Positions 40,863 to 50,185 of a stretch of DNA of 64,000 nt are shown piece by piece. How positions within the stretch are numbered: position 1 is the stretch's first letter; every line of letters starts with the position of its first letter. Location of the stretch: assembly GCA_030141605.1 (NCBI GenBank), contig JAQGDQ010000697.1, positions 1 through 64,000 of the forward strand. The letters run 5' to 3'. The translations under genes were made by a program, and so were the position numbers. Below the pieces are notes generated by a model, which ran no database searches, was not told the origin of the DNA, and was given only the letters and a program-made list of their open reading frames with translations. Source of the DNA: Tubiluchus corallicola. Taxonomy: Eukaryota; Animalia; Priapulida.

Positions 40863-42833
40863 CTCTCTCTCCCTCTCCATCTATCCTCTCTCTCTCTCTT
40901 TTGCTCTCTCTATCTATCTCTCTCTCTCTCTCTCTCCCTCTATCCTCTCTCTCTCTCCCTCTCCCTCTTTCTGTCTCTCCCTGTCTCCTCCCACCCCTTT
41001 CCTTTAACTTAGAGCTATAACTTCAAGTTTCTAATTTTTTTTACAGCAAAGACAACTGGTGAGACTGGACAAACACATGAGTAAGTACTTTATTTATTGA
41101 GATTCATAATAACTCTCATTCTTTCGGCAGGTTTTATTAAGCTATTAGGATATAAAATGGTAATTTTTTGGGTTGCTCACTTGCGAATAACCCTAGAAAA
41201 CCCATTCATTTCTCCGTGATGCCGGGCTTGTCATTCATGTAACACAGAACTTTACCATTTACTCATTCTGAAGCAAACAATGTGTGCACAAAAATTTGGT
41301 TTCTATGGTAACTGTACTCAGTAATCTGTTAACAGCACACTTAGCTTTTTACTGTGATTTCCCGAGCAGTAGCTAATGACGATAAAGAATTTTCGTGCAT
41401 TATTACTATCATTTCAAGAACATAAACTAAAGACTATGTAGAACGTTTGCATATTATTGATCATCAGCTTGTATTTTGTGGCAAGGTGTGGGTAGCATGT
41501 GATGGTTGTTTTATATTGTGACATCATAGTAGAACAGTATTCAGAAAAATTGTTGAATAGTTTAAAAAAACCGATCCTACGGCATCCAAAGTATAGCATT
41601 TTATTAAAGCTTGCGCATTTTACAAATACTTGCAAGCAAAGCATACGTGCGTGCATGTGTGCATGTGTGCAGCAAGCAAATCACCCATGCTTCGCACTAG
41701 ATGTATCTAGACCTGTACTTTTCTGTACTTTTACCTCTAACAGTGTGTAGGGAGTTCCTTCAGTGATGCGAGATGCATGTGACTGCAGAAACCGAGCTGT
41801 TCAAAGGCCAATTTTTAAACGACGTTAAAAATCAATCAGTTTAATGCAATGTAATTTACCTGGGTTTCTATTACGTGGGATGTGAAGATCTCGTCTCCTA
41901 CAACCGAAAGTCCCTTATATCTGAGTACCTTATATACTAAGATTTTTACACAGGAAAAACATTACAAAAAATCGGGGCCGGTGTTGGTGGACTTTTATAA
42001 TCGATTACCTTATACCGGAGGTTGACTGCACTCAGACTTCGCTGTATGAATTTAAATAACGTGTTTAAAAAGTGATAAAAGTTATTTTAAACATCAAAGC
42101 AGAATTTTAGCATTTTAGCTGACAAAGCAGCAACACGCTGTGTTTATGTATCTGAATTTATTATGTGCAAATAAAGTTGTTCCTGTTTTATGTGTTTAAT
42201 TCGTATTTTAACATCCGGTTACTGAAACTTTACAATTCAACATTATAACATACGAGCCTAACTGCCTATTATAGAATCATTTTTTATATTCATATGTATT
42301 TTGATTGGAACAAAAGCTGCATCAATTTAAAATGAACAAATGGAGGAATTCATGAAAGGCCTGCATAATGTAGGGGGTTGTGGTAGGACAGGAATCTAAT
42401 TAATTGATGTTGAACTACTTAGAAGTGTTTTAAGCATGCTTCACTGTAAACGAAACCTTGCAGTGAAAATATTGAAGCAGGTCGTAATCCGTTCAGTCAC
42501 AGTATTGCTGAACTACGGTTGCTAAGCACAGACTGTCACAGTATTGCTGAACTACGGTTGCTAAGCACAGACTGTGATCACTCAAAAGCATGTATAACAT
42601 ACTTAAGATCAGTAGACGGGCAAAGTCCATTAAAGTCCGATTGTTTTGAATTCTAACATTTTTTTGTTTTCAGGTTAAGCACTTATGATGATGCTGTCTC
42701 GTCTACTCACACTGTTAGAAATTCTGCTCGTACAGAAAAAGGGAAGCCAGATTATGACAATGCAACAATAATCTACACTGAACCAATGAACAAACCTGCT
42801 GTGCACGTGTATGAAACTATTGAACAGAGATAA
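23290..42833 (+). CDS. Gene B: type I membrane IgSF receptor, 865 aa (signal peptide, 7 Ig-like domains, TM, Tyr-motif tail); Kirre/nephrin-like N-terminal domains, Fasciclin-III-like membrane-proximal domains
   Basis: join 23290-23341, 24403-24726, 26893-27027, 29593-29760, 31913-32173, 33320-33670, 35103-35459, 36086-36409, 36634-36957, 37653-37760, 41047-41080, 42674-42833 = 2598 nt, open from ATG to TAA, all introns GT-AG. Confidence 0.88.
24403..24726 (+). CDS. Gene B exon 2, V-like Ig domain D1
   Basis: C-W-DGVYYC motif; TTTTTTGCAG acceptor, GTAAGT donor. Confidence 0.9.
26893..27027 (+). CDS. Gene B exon 3, first half of D2
   Basis: VLSMTLNGTDVTNEQEVTVKADDTSEEFKCGAQGGNLKPVISWFV; TACAG/GTATGT. 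Confidence 0.85.
27190..27825 (+). mobile_element. Helentron-associated (HINE/DINE-like) non-autonomous element in gene B intron 3
   Basis: Sub-terminal IR TCTCTGCAAAG / CTTTGGCAGAGA, TGTT microsatellite after the 5' IR, degenerate 3' stem-loop, T-rich insertion site. Confidence 0.5.
29593..29760 (+). CDS. Gene B exon 4, second half of D2
   Basis: DSEDITNSAVQDDDDISTLNHAFKPGEDGDNGAVLQCRVSVPELELKFINKTLNVE; TTCAG/GTAAGT. Confidence 0.85.
31913..32173 (+). CDS. Gene B exon 5, I-set Ig domain D3
   Basis: Canonical C...W...D.G.Y.C.A.N..G motif; TGCAG/GTAAGT. Confidence 0.9.
33320..33670 (+). CDS. Gene B exon 6, atypical Ig-like D4
   Basis: 351 nt, phase 1/1, four Cys, FCSKP/WMW/DCF motifs. Confidence 0.88.
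35103..35459 (+). CDS. Gene B exon 7, atypical Ig-like D5
   Basis: 357 nt, phase 1/1, four Cys, clearly homologous to D4. Confidence 0.88.
36086..36409 (+). CDS. Gene B exon 8, cysteine-free Ig-like D6
   Basis: 324 nt, FESLP/WTW/YEDRF/YILYVEN; GGTAG acceptor, GTACGT donor. Confidence 0.8.
36634..36957 (+). CDS. Gene B exon 9, atypical Ig-like D7
   Basis: 324 nt, FCSVP/WEW/RFYAE/TCF/DSRTYTFVVNN; CGCAG/GTAGGT. Confidence 0.85.
37130..37381 (-). mobile_element. Second copy of probable solo LTR
   Basis: Homologous to 20584-20832; TG...CA ends; near-TSD CGTA/CTTA. Confidence 0.5.
37653..37760 (+). CDS. Gene B exon 10, transmembrane helix
   Basis: RKTNWAMICGIIIGTLALFLIIIFLFAFFKKIWCCK; TTTAG/GTAAGT; not in the ORF track on this strand. 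Confidence 0.88.
38066..40050 (-). mobile_element. Decayed CR1/L2-like LINE ORF2 (reverse transcriptase) in gene B intron 10
   Basis: RPISLSSVVSKCLE, YIDFRKAFDSIP, IPQGT, LYKAVVRLIFEYACVVWS motifs; frameshifted; 5' boundary approximate. Confidence 0.88.
40397..40592. mobile_element. Possible Tc1/pogo-type MITE
   Basis: Degenerate TIRs TAGTCAAACTTC / GAGGTTTGACTG with TA on the left. Confidence 0.35.
40733..41000. repeat. (CT)n microsatellite/polypyrimidine tract
   Basis: Pure CT run about 40797-40859 with degenerate flanks; ends about 45 nt before the exon 11 acceptor. Confidence 0.95.
41047..41080 (+). CDS. Gene B exon 11, 34-nt cytoplasmic micro-exon
   Basis: T-run plus ACAG acceptor, GTAAGT donor; PKTTGETGQTH; phase 1 to 2, exactly what joins exon 10 to the exon 12 frame. 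Confidence 0.75.
42495..42575. repeat. 39-bp tandem duplication
   Basis: GTCACAGTATTGCTGAACTACGGTTGCTAAGCACAGACT twice. Confidence 0.85.
42674..42833 (+). CDS. Gene B exon 12, Tyr-containing tail and stop
   Basis: TTTTCAG acceptor; ELSTYDDAVSSTHTVRNSARTEKGKPDYDNATIIYTEPMNKPAVHVYETIEQR*. Confidence 0.8.
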
Positions 42834-42955
42834 TAAAAGAAAATGTTGCCGAATGAGAAATTTCAGTTTTTAATGCGCATGCTTAATTTTATGGTTTCTG
42901 GTTAAAAATGAATACATGTGCAACTTTCAATCACTTAATATTTATTATCGATAAC

Positions 42956-43460
42956 TTCTTCTTCTTCTTCTTCTTCCCAGCTTTTCCCTATTCGGGGTCA
43001 CCGTTGTGAATGAGTCTTCTCCACGCATTCCTGTTGTTGACCATCTCTTCATTTATGTCTTCCCTTCCCACATGATCTTCACCGACTCTTCTTTTCAGGT
43101 GTCCATACCATCGCAATCTTGCGAGGCTTCCACTACTTTTACTGTTCCTCTGATATTATTATTTCTAATTTTATCTCTTCTTTTTATTCCCACCATCCAT
43201 CTCAACATCCTCATCTCCACCACACCCATTTTCTTCTCTTCGGTCTTCTTTAGAGAAGCTGCTTCCAGCCCATAGATCAGAGTGGGTCTGACCACTTCAT
43301 TGTGGACTTTCCCTTTAGGTCTCACCGACTCATTCATAGAAGGTTTTGGCGCAGTTTTTACAGGCGGTTGCCCTTCCTGACCCTAACCCTCCGTATTTAT
43401 CCGGGCTTGGGACCGGCACTGAGTTGGGCTGGCTTGCCCCCTCCCCCCAGTGGCTAGGTT
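42956..43460 (-). mobile_element. Internally deleted (bipartite) RTE element just downstream of the gene B stop
   Basis: (GAA)n tail and EMRMLRW segment homologous to 22089-22505; GC-rich head with GCCGGTCCCAAGCCCGGATAAA; TSD ATTTATTATCGA(T/G)AAC at 42940 and 43461. Confidence 0.85.
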
Positions 43461-44602
43461 ATTTATTATCGAGAACTATTGCTTGCTATTCTAGCATCAG
43501 ATTTACACTATAAACTCTGACATGATCTGCACCAAGACTGATCATTGGTTTCTCGTTCACTTTCAAACTTGGCCGACTCTTGATTGATTCTGACCTCTTA
43601 GCTAGTTCATAAATGATCCACTCTATATAGAACCTAGCCTTCTCATCCACATTTGAGTGACTCTTGATTATTGCCTCATGGCTCGCACTTGCCCACGATC
43701 CAGAATGGAGTTCTGTTTCTTGCTCAATTGATTCTTGACCATGGCCTCCAAACCGATTTACAAATGATCCACTCTATATAGAACATAGCCTTCTCATTCT
43801 CTGTCATGGCGTCCTGGTTTACATTTAATCCGCTTTCCGTCGCTGTATGAAGTGTAAGCCAATCGTAGGTCTACTCGATTACTTTGATGTATAACAAAAA
43901 CAATAAACAACAACAACGACAGATAAAATCCCCTAAGTTAACTTCTAATGTCATGTGCAAAAATATTCATCCCGGTTCCTTTAGACTGACCTGTAACTGC
44001 TGCCCCATTCTTTCCATTCGCCACTTGGTCCATTCTTTCAGTCTAAAAAAACTGCTTACATGAACCAGACTCGGTTTTTCCGAACAGAAAGTTTTTAAAT
44101 TGACAAGTTACGAGTTCTATATAAGCTTACTATGAGTAAAAGCACAAGCTTCTAATGACTTTACAGGTAATTAAATAAGTAAATAATATCGTTGAAATTC
44201 TAGTCATAATTCAGCTTCCATTTTGTTCGCCGTGTACGCACAATTTAATTGCTTAAATTTTATTTGACCAAAGTTTTATTATAAAATTTATTAATTAAAG
44301 TTGTAATTATGTGTATGTAAATTTGTGAGAAATTAGATAAAAACCGGTAGAATAGACTTGATTAGTGCAATATTTTATCCCAGTAAGAGTGACAGAAGAT
44401 GGTGTTAACGTCTTATTGCAATTTAATGAATGGATTATGCGAGCTAGCCCCAAAAGCCTAATTGGTACATGTTCAATTCAAGTCTTTCAGCTCTAGTATG
44501 CTGCAGGTGCTCTTACTAAAATGTCTTACTATTGATTTTACGTTCCTTTACTTTATGTAAGACAAAAATAGGTTTATTCAACCTAATGTAACTTGTTGCT
44601 AG

Positions 44603-45009
44603 TAGGGGTGAGCATTCTCTACCAGAAAGCGAATTCAAATCGAACTGAATTTGTGGCTTTCAAATTCGAATCAAACCGAACTTCAGTGTTTCGAATTCGA
44701 GCCGAATTCGAATTGAGATCGAAAGATTTTCGAACAAGTTTTCGAACCACCAGCAAAAATTAGTCTTACAAAGATCATGCATATCACTAGATTTTGTTCT
44801 GCAATAAAACGACTAGTAATTTCTTTAAAATTATGTGCAGAAATCACAGCTAAATTATGCTAGTTGCATGATGTTTCAATCGTTTTAGTGATAAAGAATA
44901 TGTCTGATTGAAGTGCTGAATTATTTGAATCTATAGTTTTGGATTTGAATCGAGTTCGAACTAAAAAAACTCGTTTGAATCGAATTCGAGCATTCGATGC
45001 TCAGCCCTA
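44603..45009 (+). mobile_element. hAT-superfamily MITE, 407 bp
   Basis: TIRs TAGGGGTGAGCAT / ATGCTCAGCCCTA; perfect 8-bp TSD GTTGCTAG at 44595 and 45010. Confidence 0.9.
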
Positions 45010-48000
45010 GTTGCTAGCAGGCCTAAAATTTCATTTTTTTATAATGTGCAACTTGATTTGAGCAAAACTGTGACAACTTGATATTATTATTATTGTTATT
45101 ATTATGAGTTTATTATGAGTGAAGATGTTAGTAAAGTAATATATCTACAAAAATTCAACTTTATAATAACCACTCATTGCAGTACCCTTGTAATTATATT
45201 ACAGCATACAGTGTTGTAAGAAACTATAATAGGTATCTTAAAACATCATCTTTAAATGATTTCTTAATCTTTAACTTCACATTTTCATTTAGATCTACAG
45301 TACAACCACATTTAAATCCTAAATTTACTTGACTGTTATTTACATAGCATGGCATTGGAATTCTCAATGTGCAAGACTGCAATTTTTCTCACAAAATTTA
45401 ATTTTCGACTATCTATTAAATAATTCGTAGGCATTGTGCCACAAAACTACATTAACAATTTTACGCTTTCATTTGGTCTAACACCTAATGATTGTACATG
45501 AATTCACCTTTGGTCGTCCACACAGATGACCGACAAATTGACCAGCTGTGATGTTATGCATAATTTTCACTAATATGTGGGCAATGCTTCAAGTTTCCTG
45601 ACAATGAGTGCTAGTCTGCTGTAGAAATGTCTTTCTAATCATTTTTTTAAATCTTTATAGTTGTGTTGTTTATGAAATGTAGGATAATTATGGCATATTA
45701 CTTGATATATACTTTAGTTATTAATAAATAGCAACTATCTGAATATATATATTTCACTTTGCTGTGTTTGTTGATTAATTTAATTATTACGAAAGCATAA
45801 ATTCTGTTTGTGCTGTTGACGTAAATAAAGTTATAAATAAAACATTTATCCAAACTGAGGTATAATTATGCAACTTTAGCACATTTCGTTAAAGACATCT
45901 CTTGTTTTGGATATAAGCACGTGGTGCCTCCTTGTGTTTGTTTTTTGCAAATTTAGGCTGCTGATAGAGAGGTGAGCTAGGACAGGAAATTGGCCATTGG
46001 CCTCATTTTGCAGACAGGATAGGAAAGAAGTCATTCTTGTTCAGTACGTCGTGTCATTTTATAACAAAATTTTGTCAGTCGAGTTCTCTTTAGCAAGTTA
46101 GTAAGATGCGGCAAAGATGTAAGTTTGATTTCTTCATATTTCATAATATTATTACACATTTTCATTATAGCCGTTAATTATCTTTTTGACATTTGTTTAG
46201 CAGAAAATGTTTTTATTTGCTTCAAATAAAACGAAGTCAAGTCGCACATAATATGTCAGTTAGTCAGTCAGTCAGCCAAATATGTCATGATGTGATAGTG
46301 ATTTTGGGATGAGATGACGATTGCCCATTTTGGACAATAAAAAATCATAAATTACATCTAAAAGACTGTTGGACATGTATTTAGTGAATGTCGCGCACAT
46401 CTGTACGTGGTAAAACATTTACCTGTACGTTTTGCACCTTTTCATTCACTGTAAAGTGTTATAGGGATATACAGAGCTTGCTGAACTATGTATACGTAAG
46501 TACAAGCAGAACAGTCTTACTAAGACCAACAAAAAGACTTTCTCACCAATGTATGAACTTTGTATATTATCATCATTAAAACATGGACACTCAAATGCTC
46601 AATATCGTAATATTATGTACTATAACACAGTATTTATATGTAATCAAAGAGCTTAATGAACTTAAATCAGAAGACATAAATTACGTCCACACAGCTCGAA
46701 TCCAAGTGCGTAATAATAATTGCAAGCCTGTTCACACATGGGAACTATATTGTACCAGCCCACTATATTGATATTCTTATAATTTACGAAATTTTCCATG
46801 TTCTCAATTCCTATGGCCCTATCCTACACTCAACTTGCAGTAAGCAACTTTGTTACTAACTTCACCGCTGAATCTTCTACACTTGTTCCTTTTAACTAAG
46901 ATTTTAGCAATTCAAATCATGTTCACATCCTGCAACATGATAAATTACAGTAACGCTATAAATTAATCTCTCTAAGCCTCATCAATAACTAGCTCTCTAG
47001 TCATTGCTCTAAATTTAATATCAAAGACTCGATGTCATGCTTTAAAAAAACTTCTCTCACAATTTGAGACAGTTTCAAAATTATATATATCAGAAGTTGA
47101 TGTAGTACAATTCAATAACAGTGACTTAATGCCATGCTTTAAAATTGCTTTCCTCACAGTTTGAGTCAGTTTCAAAGTTACATAATATAAGAAGGTGATG
47201 TAGTACAATTCAATAACAGTGACTTCAATAGAGTACTACTATAAATATATTTTGCTATTACCATGGACAATAATAATTGGGCCGACAATATAAATTTAAA
47301 CATGTTGTTATGCAATAACGATCGTTTGTTATACACGAAATTTTTTGCACCCTGGTCCTTTGCATCCGTGAAGTGCCAACAATATTCTGCATTCACTACC
47401 TCTTCGCTATTCGCTATATTCTATATAGGGCCCTCTCAATTTTGTTTCTTTTCAAACTCTTTAGCCCATACTTTTCCACTTCCATCACTCTGTCTAATAC
47501 ATTGTGTTTCCCAATTCATTCTCAATTTCCTATCGCATGATTTCACACGATTTATTCTTTCCTACTACAATATCTCACCTCTACATTCACCCAGTAAAGA
47601 TGATTATCTTCTGACGTACAAGTTCAGAAAGCACTCAAATTGGCCATTTCATAACTACAAAATTCAACATTTTGGCAAACTGTTCAGATTACTATTTAAA
47701 TTATTTATCTTATAATATTTGCCATCGACATGGTTTCTATTAATATAAGTCTGGGTCTTGTCGATCATTGATATTATGATCAAACATGCCACAATCCAAT
47801 AGATTTGGCATAAAAATGTTGTGCCAGTTCGAAATTATTAACATTAATTTCTGCATTTAAAAAATGATTGAATATTTCACCAATTCTTAAATTTTGCAGT
47901 GGAAAATTTGATTCAGACAAGGTATACAAAAGTACGATTCACTAGAATTTGATGGTTATTAAATTTACTATGATTTATACATGTGCATTTCATTTGGCGC

Positions 48001-48583
48001 CATAGATCACAGATATCACAGCAAATAAAACGTTGATTATGCTTACAATGTTTTTAACAATAGAGCATGGATAGGATAGGCCACATTAATGCAGAAAAAC
48101 TCTATGTATATTTTGTTGTTATCTACACTATAGTATAGAGGCAAAGGGCTGTCTCACAACATAACAGCAAGGTTTGCAATAAGTTAATAACTATAATAGT
48201 TATAGAAAGCCCCTCGTTTTATGTTCCGAGCAGCACTTCTATCATTAATCGTTGGTGATTGAATTTAACAAAGACCTTTGGGACGCGGTCCCCTTCTGGT
48301 GTCCCAGGTAAGCACTTGTTTCAAACAAAACAGACAACCTGCAAATAATAAATGCAGGCAGGCGAATCCAAATGCTTTTATTAAAATTGATAAAGATAGA
48401 AAATAACACCAAACTCTGTAAGAAAATTTAACACAAAAGCGGTTTACTTTTCGTCTGCTAAAAAGTAGTTCCAACTCCTCCGCCTACATGCCAAATAATT
48501 CCACAATAGAAAAAAAAGAAGTAAATTATTGTTCCTTACGTTCCTTGCGAATATTAGTTGATTCGCGACACAAGAAATTAAAG

Positions 48584-48585
<2 letters not shown>

Positions 48586-48622
<37 letters not shown>
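48586..48622. repeat. (TA)n microsatellite
   Basis: Uninterrupted TA run; a shorter one lies near 25720-25745. Confidence 0.9.
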
Positions 48623-48627
<5 letters not shown>

Positions 48628-50133
48628 AAAAAATTATAGCATTAAAAAAGTCTCATCTAAATCTTCCCAGAATCTATGCAATATTTTTCTTTTTTTAGCT
48701 TTAATTTTTCTGTAATTTCTAAAGTGATGGAAATAACCCAGTTTCCCGGTGGGCCAGTCCGATACTATATCACAGAAAAACTATAGAAACTACACAACTT
48801 GAAACTGTAAGCATTGTAACAGGTGCAGTTAGAGGTACTAATCACGAAATTATTTAATTATAATGAATGCAAGTGAGAAACATTATAATCTCGTCAAAAA
48901 TCACAGTAAGGAGAAATCGTCACTGTGTATGTGGTTGGCAAGCTGAAGATGCTAGGCAACATTTCATAGCATGCAATCCCTCAAGGTCACCAACTCTCTG
49001 TAGGTTTGCTAATAAATGGGTTTGACAGGCTTGCAGAAGGTGATAACATTTTGATAAGTAACGTAATTGAATTTATTGAGTGAAGCAGAATGATTAGTGA
49101 TTACTAAAATGGCTAATGCTGTCTAATGCTGTATATAAATTTATATACAAGTTGAACTAACGCTGTTTGTAAATTAGACATATATTTCAATTTGTGTAGT
49201 TTACCAAAGATTTATACTAATATGACAAACTGAGAAAAATATTATTACTGTAATTTCAATAATGTTTTTATGCATATCAACAGTTCAAACAGCTTTAATT
49301 TAGCTTGCCTGCTGTTTCTTAGACCATTGAACTGTAACAAATATGTGGAAAATGTTGTTACAATAAAGTTGAATTTTTTTAATGAAAAGGTTTTAATCCT
49401 CTGGCGCTTGATGCCGCCAACGTACCGCTGATGAGAAAAACGTAACAAATTTCGTACTTGAATTACAGTACGATTTGGCATGCTGAGTTGATAAATTCTA
49501 CGATTTCCCTTATTGCTTTTAATGGAAAGTGCAAAACGTGGAAAATAGCAGACTACAAATCACCACGCTTCGATTTTAAAGTATTTTACTAATAAAAATC
49601 GATTTTAACTATATGCGCCCGCGTATGCAATACTGTACGTTTTTGCACAAGTAAGCCAATCATTTAAAATTATTATTGTTTTAGTTGCACATTTCAAAAT
49701 ATGGATTTGTAACTCTTTTGTAATTTATTGTCCACTTCAGCATGTAACTTTACTTTACAATTTGCGTTATCATCTTATAATTATATGCAGCAAATCTAGG
49801 AAAAATCAAATATTCTTGTACACCTTCAGAGTTTGTTCCGGGTGCTTGGGCAACTGATCAACTCTCTCTCTCTCTCTCTAGAAGACCTCGTTGTTATTTG
49901 ATGTAGACCTCTCGACTATGTCAACTGTTACTGTTACTAAGATCTAGAAGGCCTCACTGCTATTTGATGTAAACCTGGCTATTCTTCGAGTTTGTAGTGA
50001 AGTCTTGCGTGGGTGTGATGGGGTCTTAGAATGTAATTATAATATTATAATCACAAGGTTTTTATTATTTTAGCAACAAATACACTTGATGTCATCTTAA
50101 AGAGGTATTAGAAAACCTGCTTGAATCTACGAA

Positions 50134-50185
50134 ATGAGGTCATACGATACACTGCTGTATTTGAGTCTTTTCATGTTTGTTTCTT
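50134..50185 (+). CDS. Gene C exon 1, signal peptide MRSYDTLLYLSLFMFVS
   Basis: 52 nt, homologous to the other leaders, GTAAGT donor. Confidence 0.82.

Noticed and set aside
40722-41012. Ser/Leu-rich ORF; also poly-Leu/Val ORFs at 60277-60601
   Set aside because: Translations of (CT)n and (CAR)n microsatellites
23290-42833. Naming gene B as CD22/Siglec, Kirre, nephrin or Fas3
   Set aside because: D1 lacks the Siglec F-strand Arg (YYCQV), there is no Fn3 domain or PDZ end, and the domain count fits none; similarity is at domain level only
43590-43800. Short local duplications here and at 47060-47225
   Set aside because: Ordinary degenerate tandem duplications with no coding or structural signal
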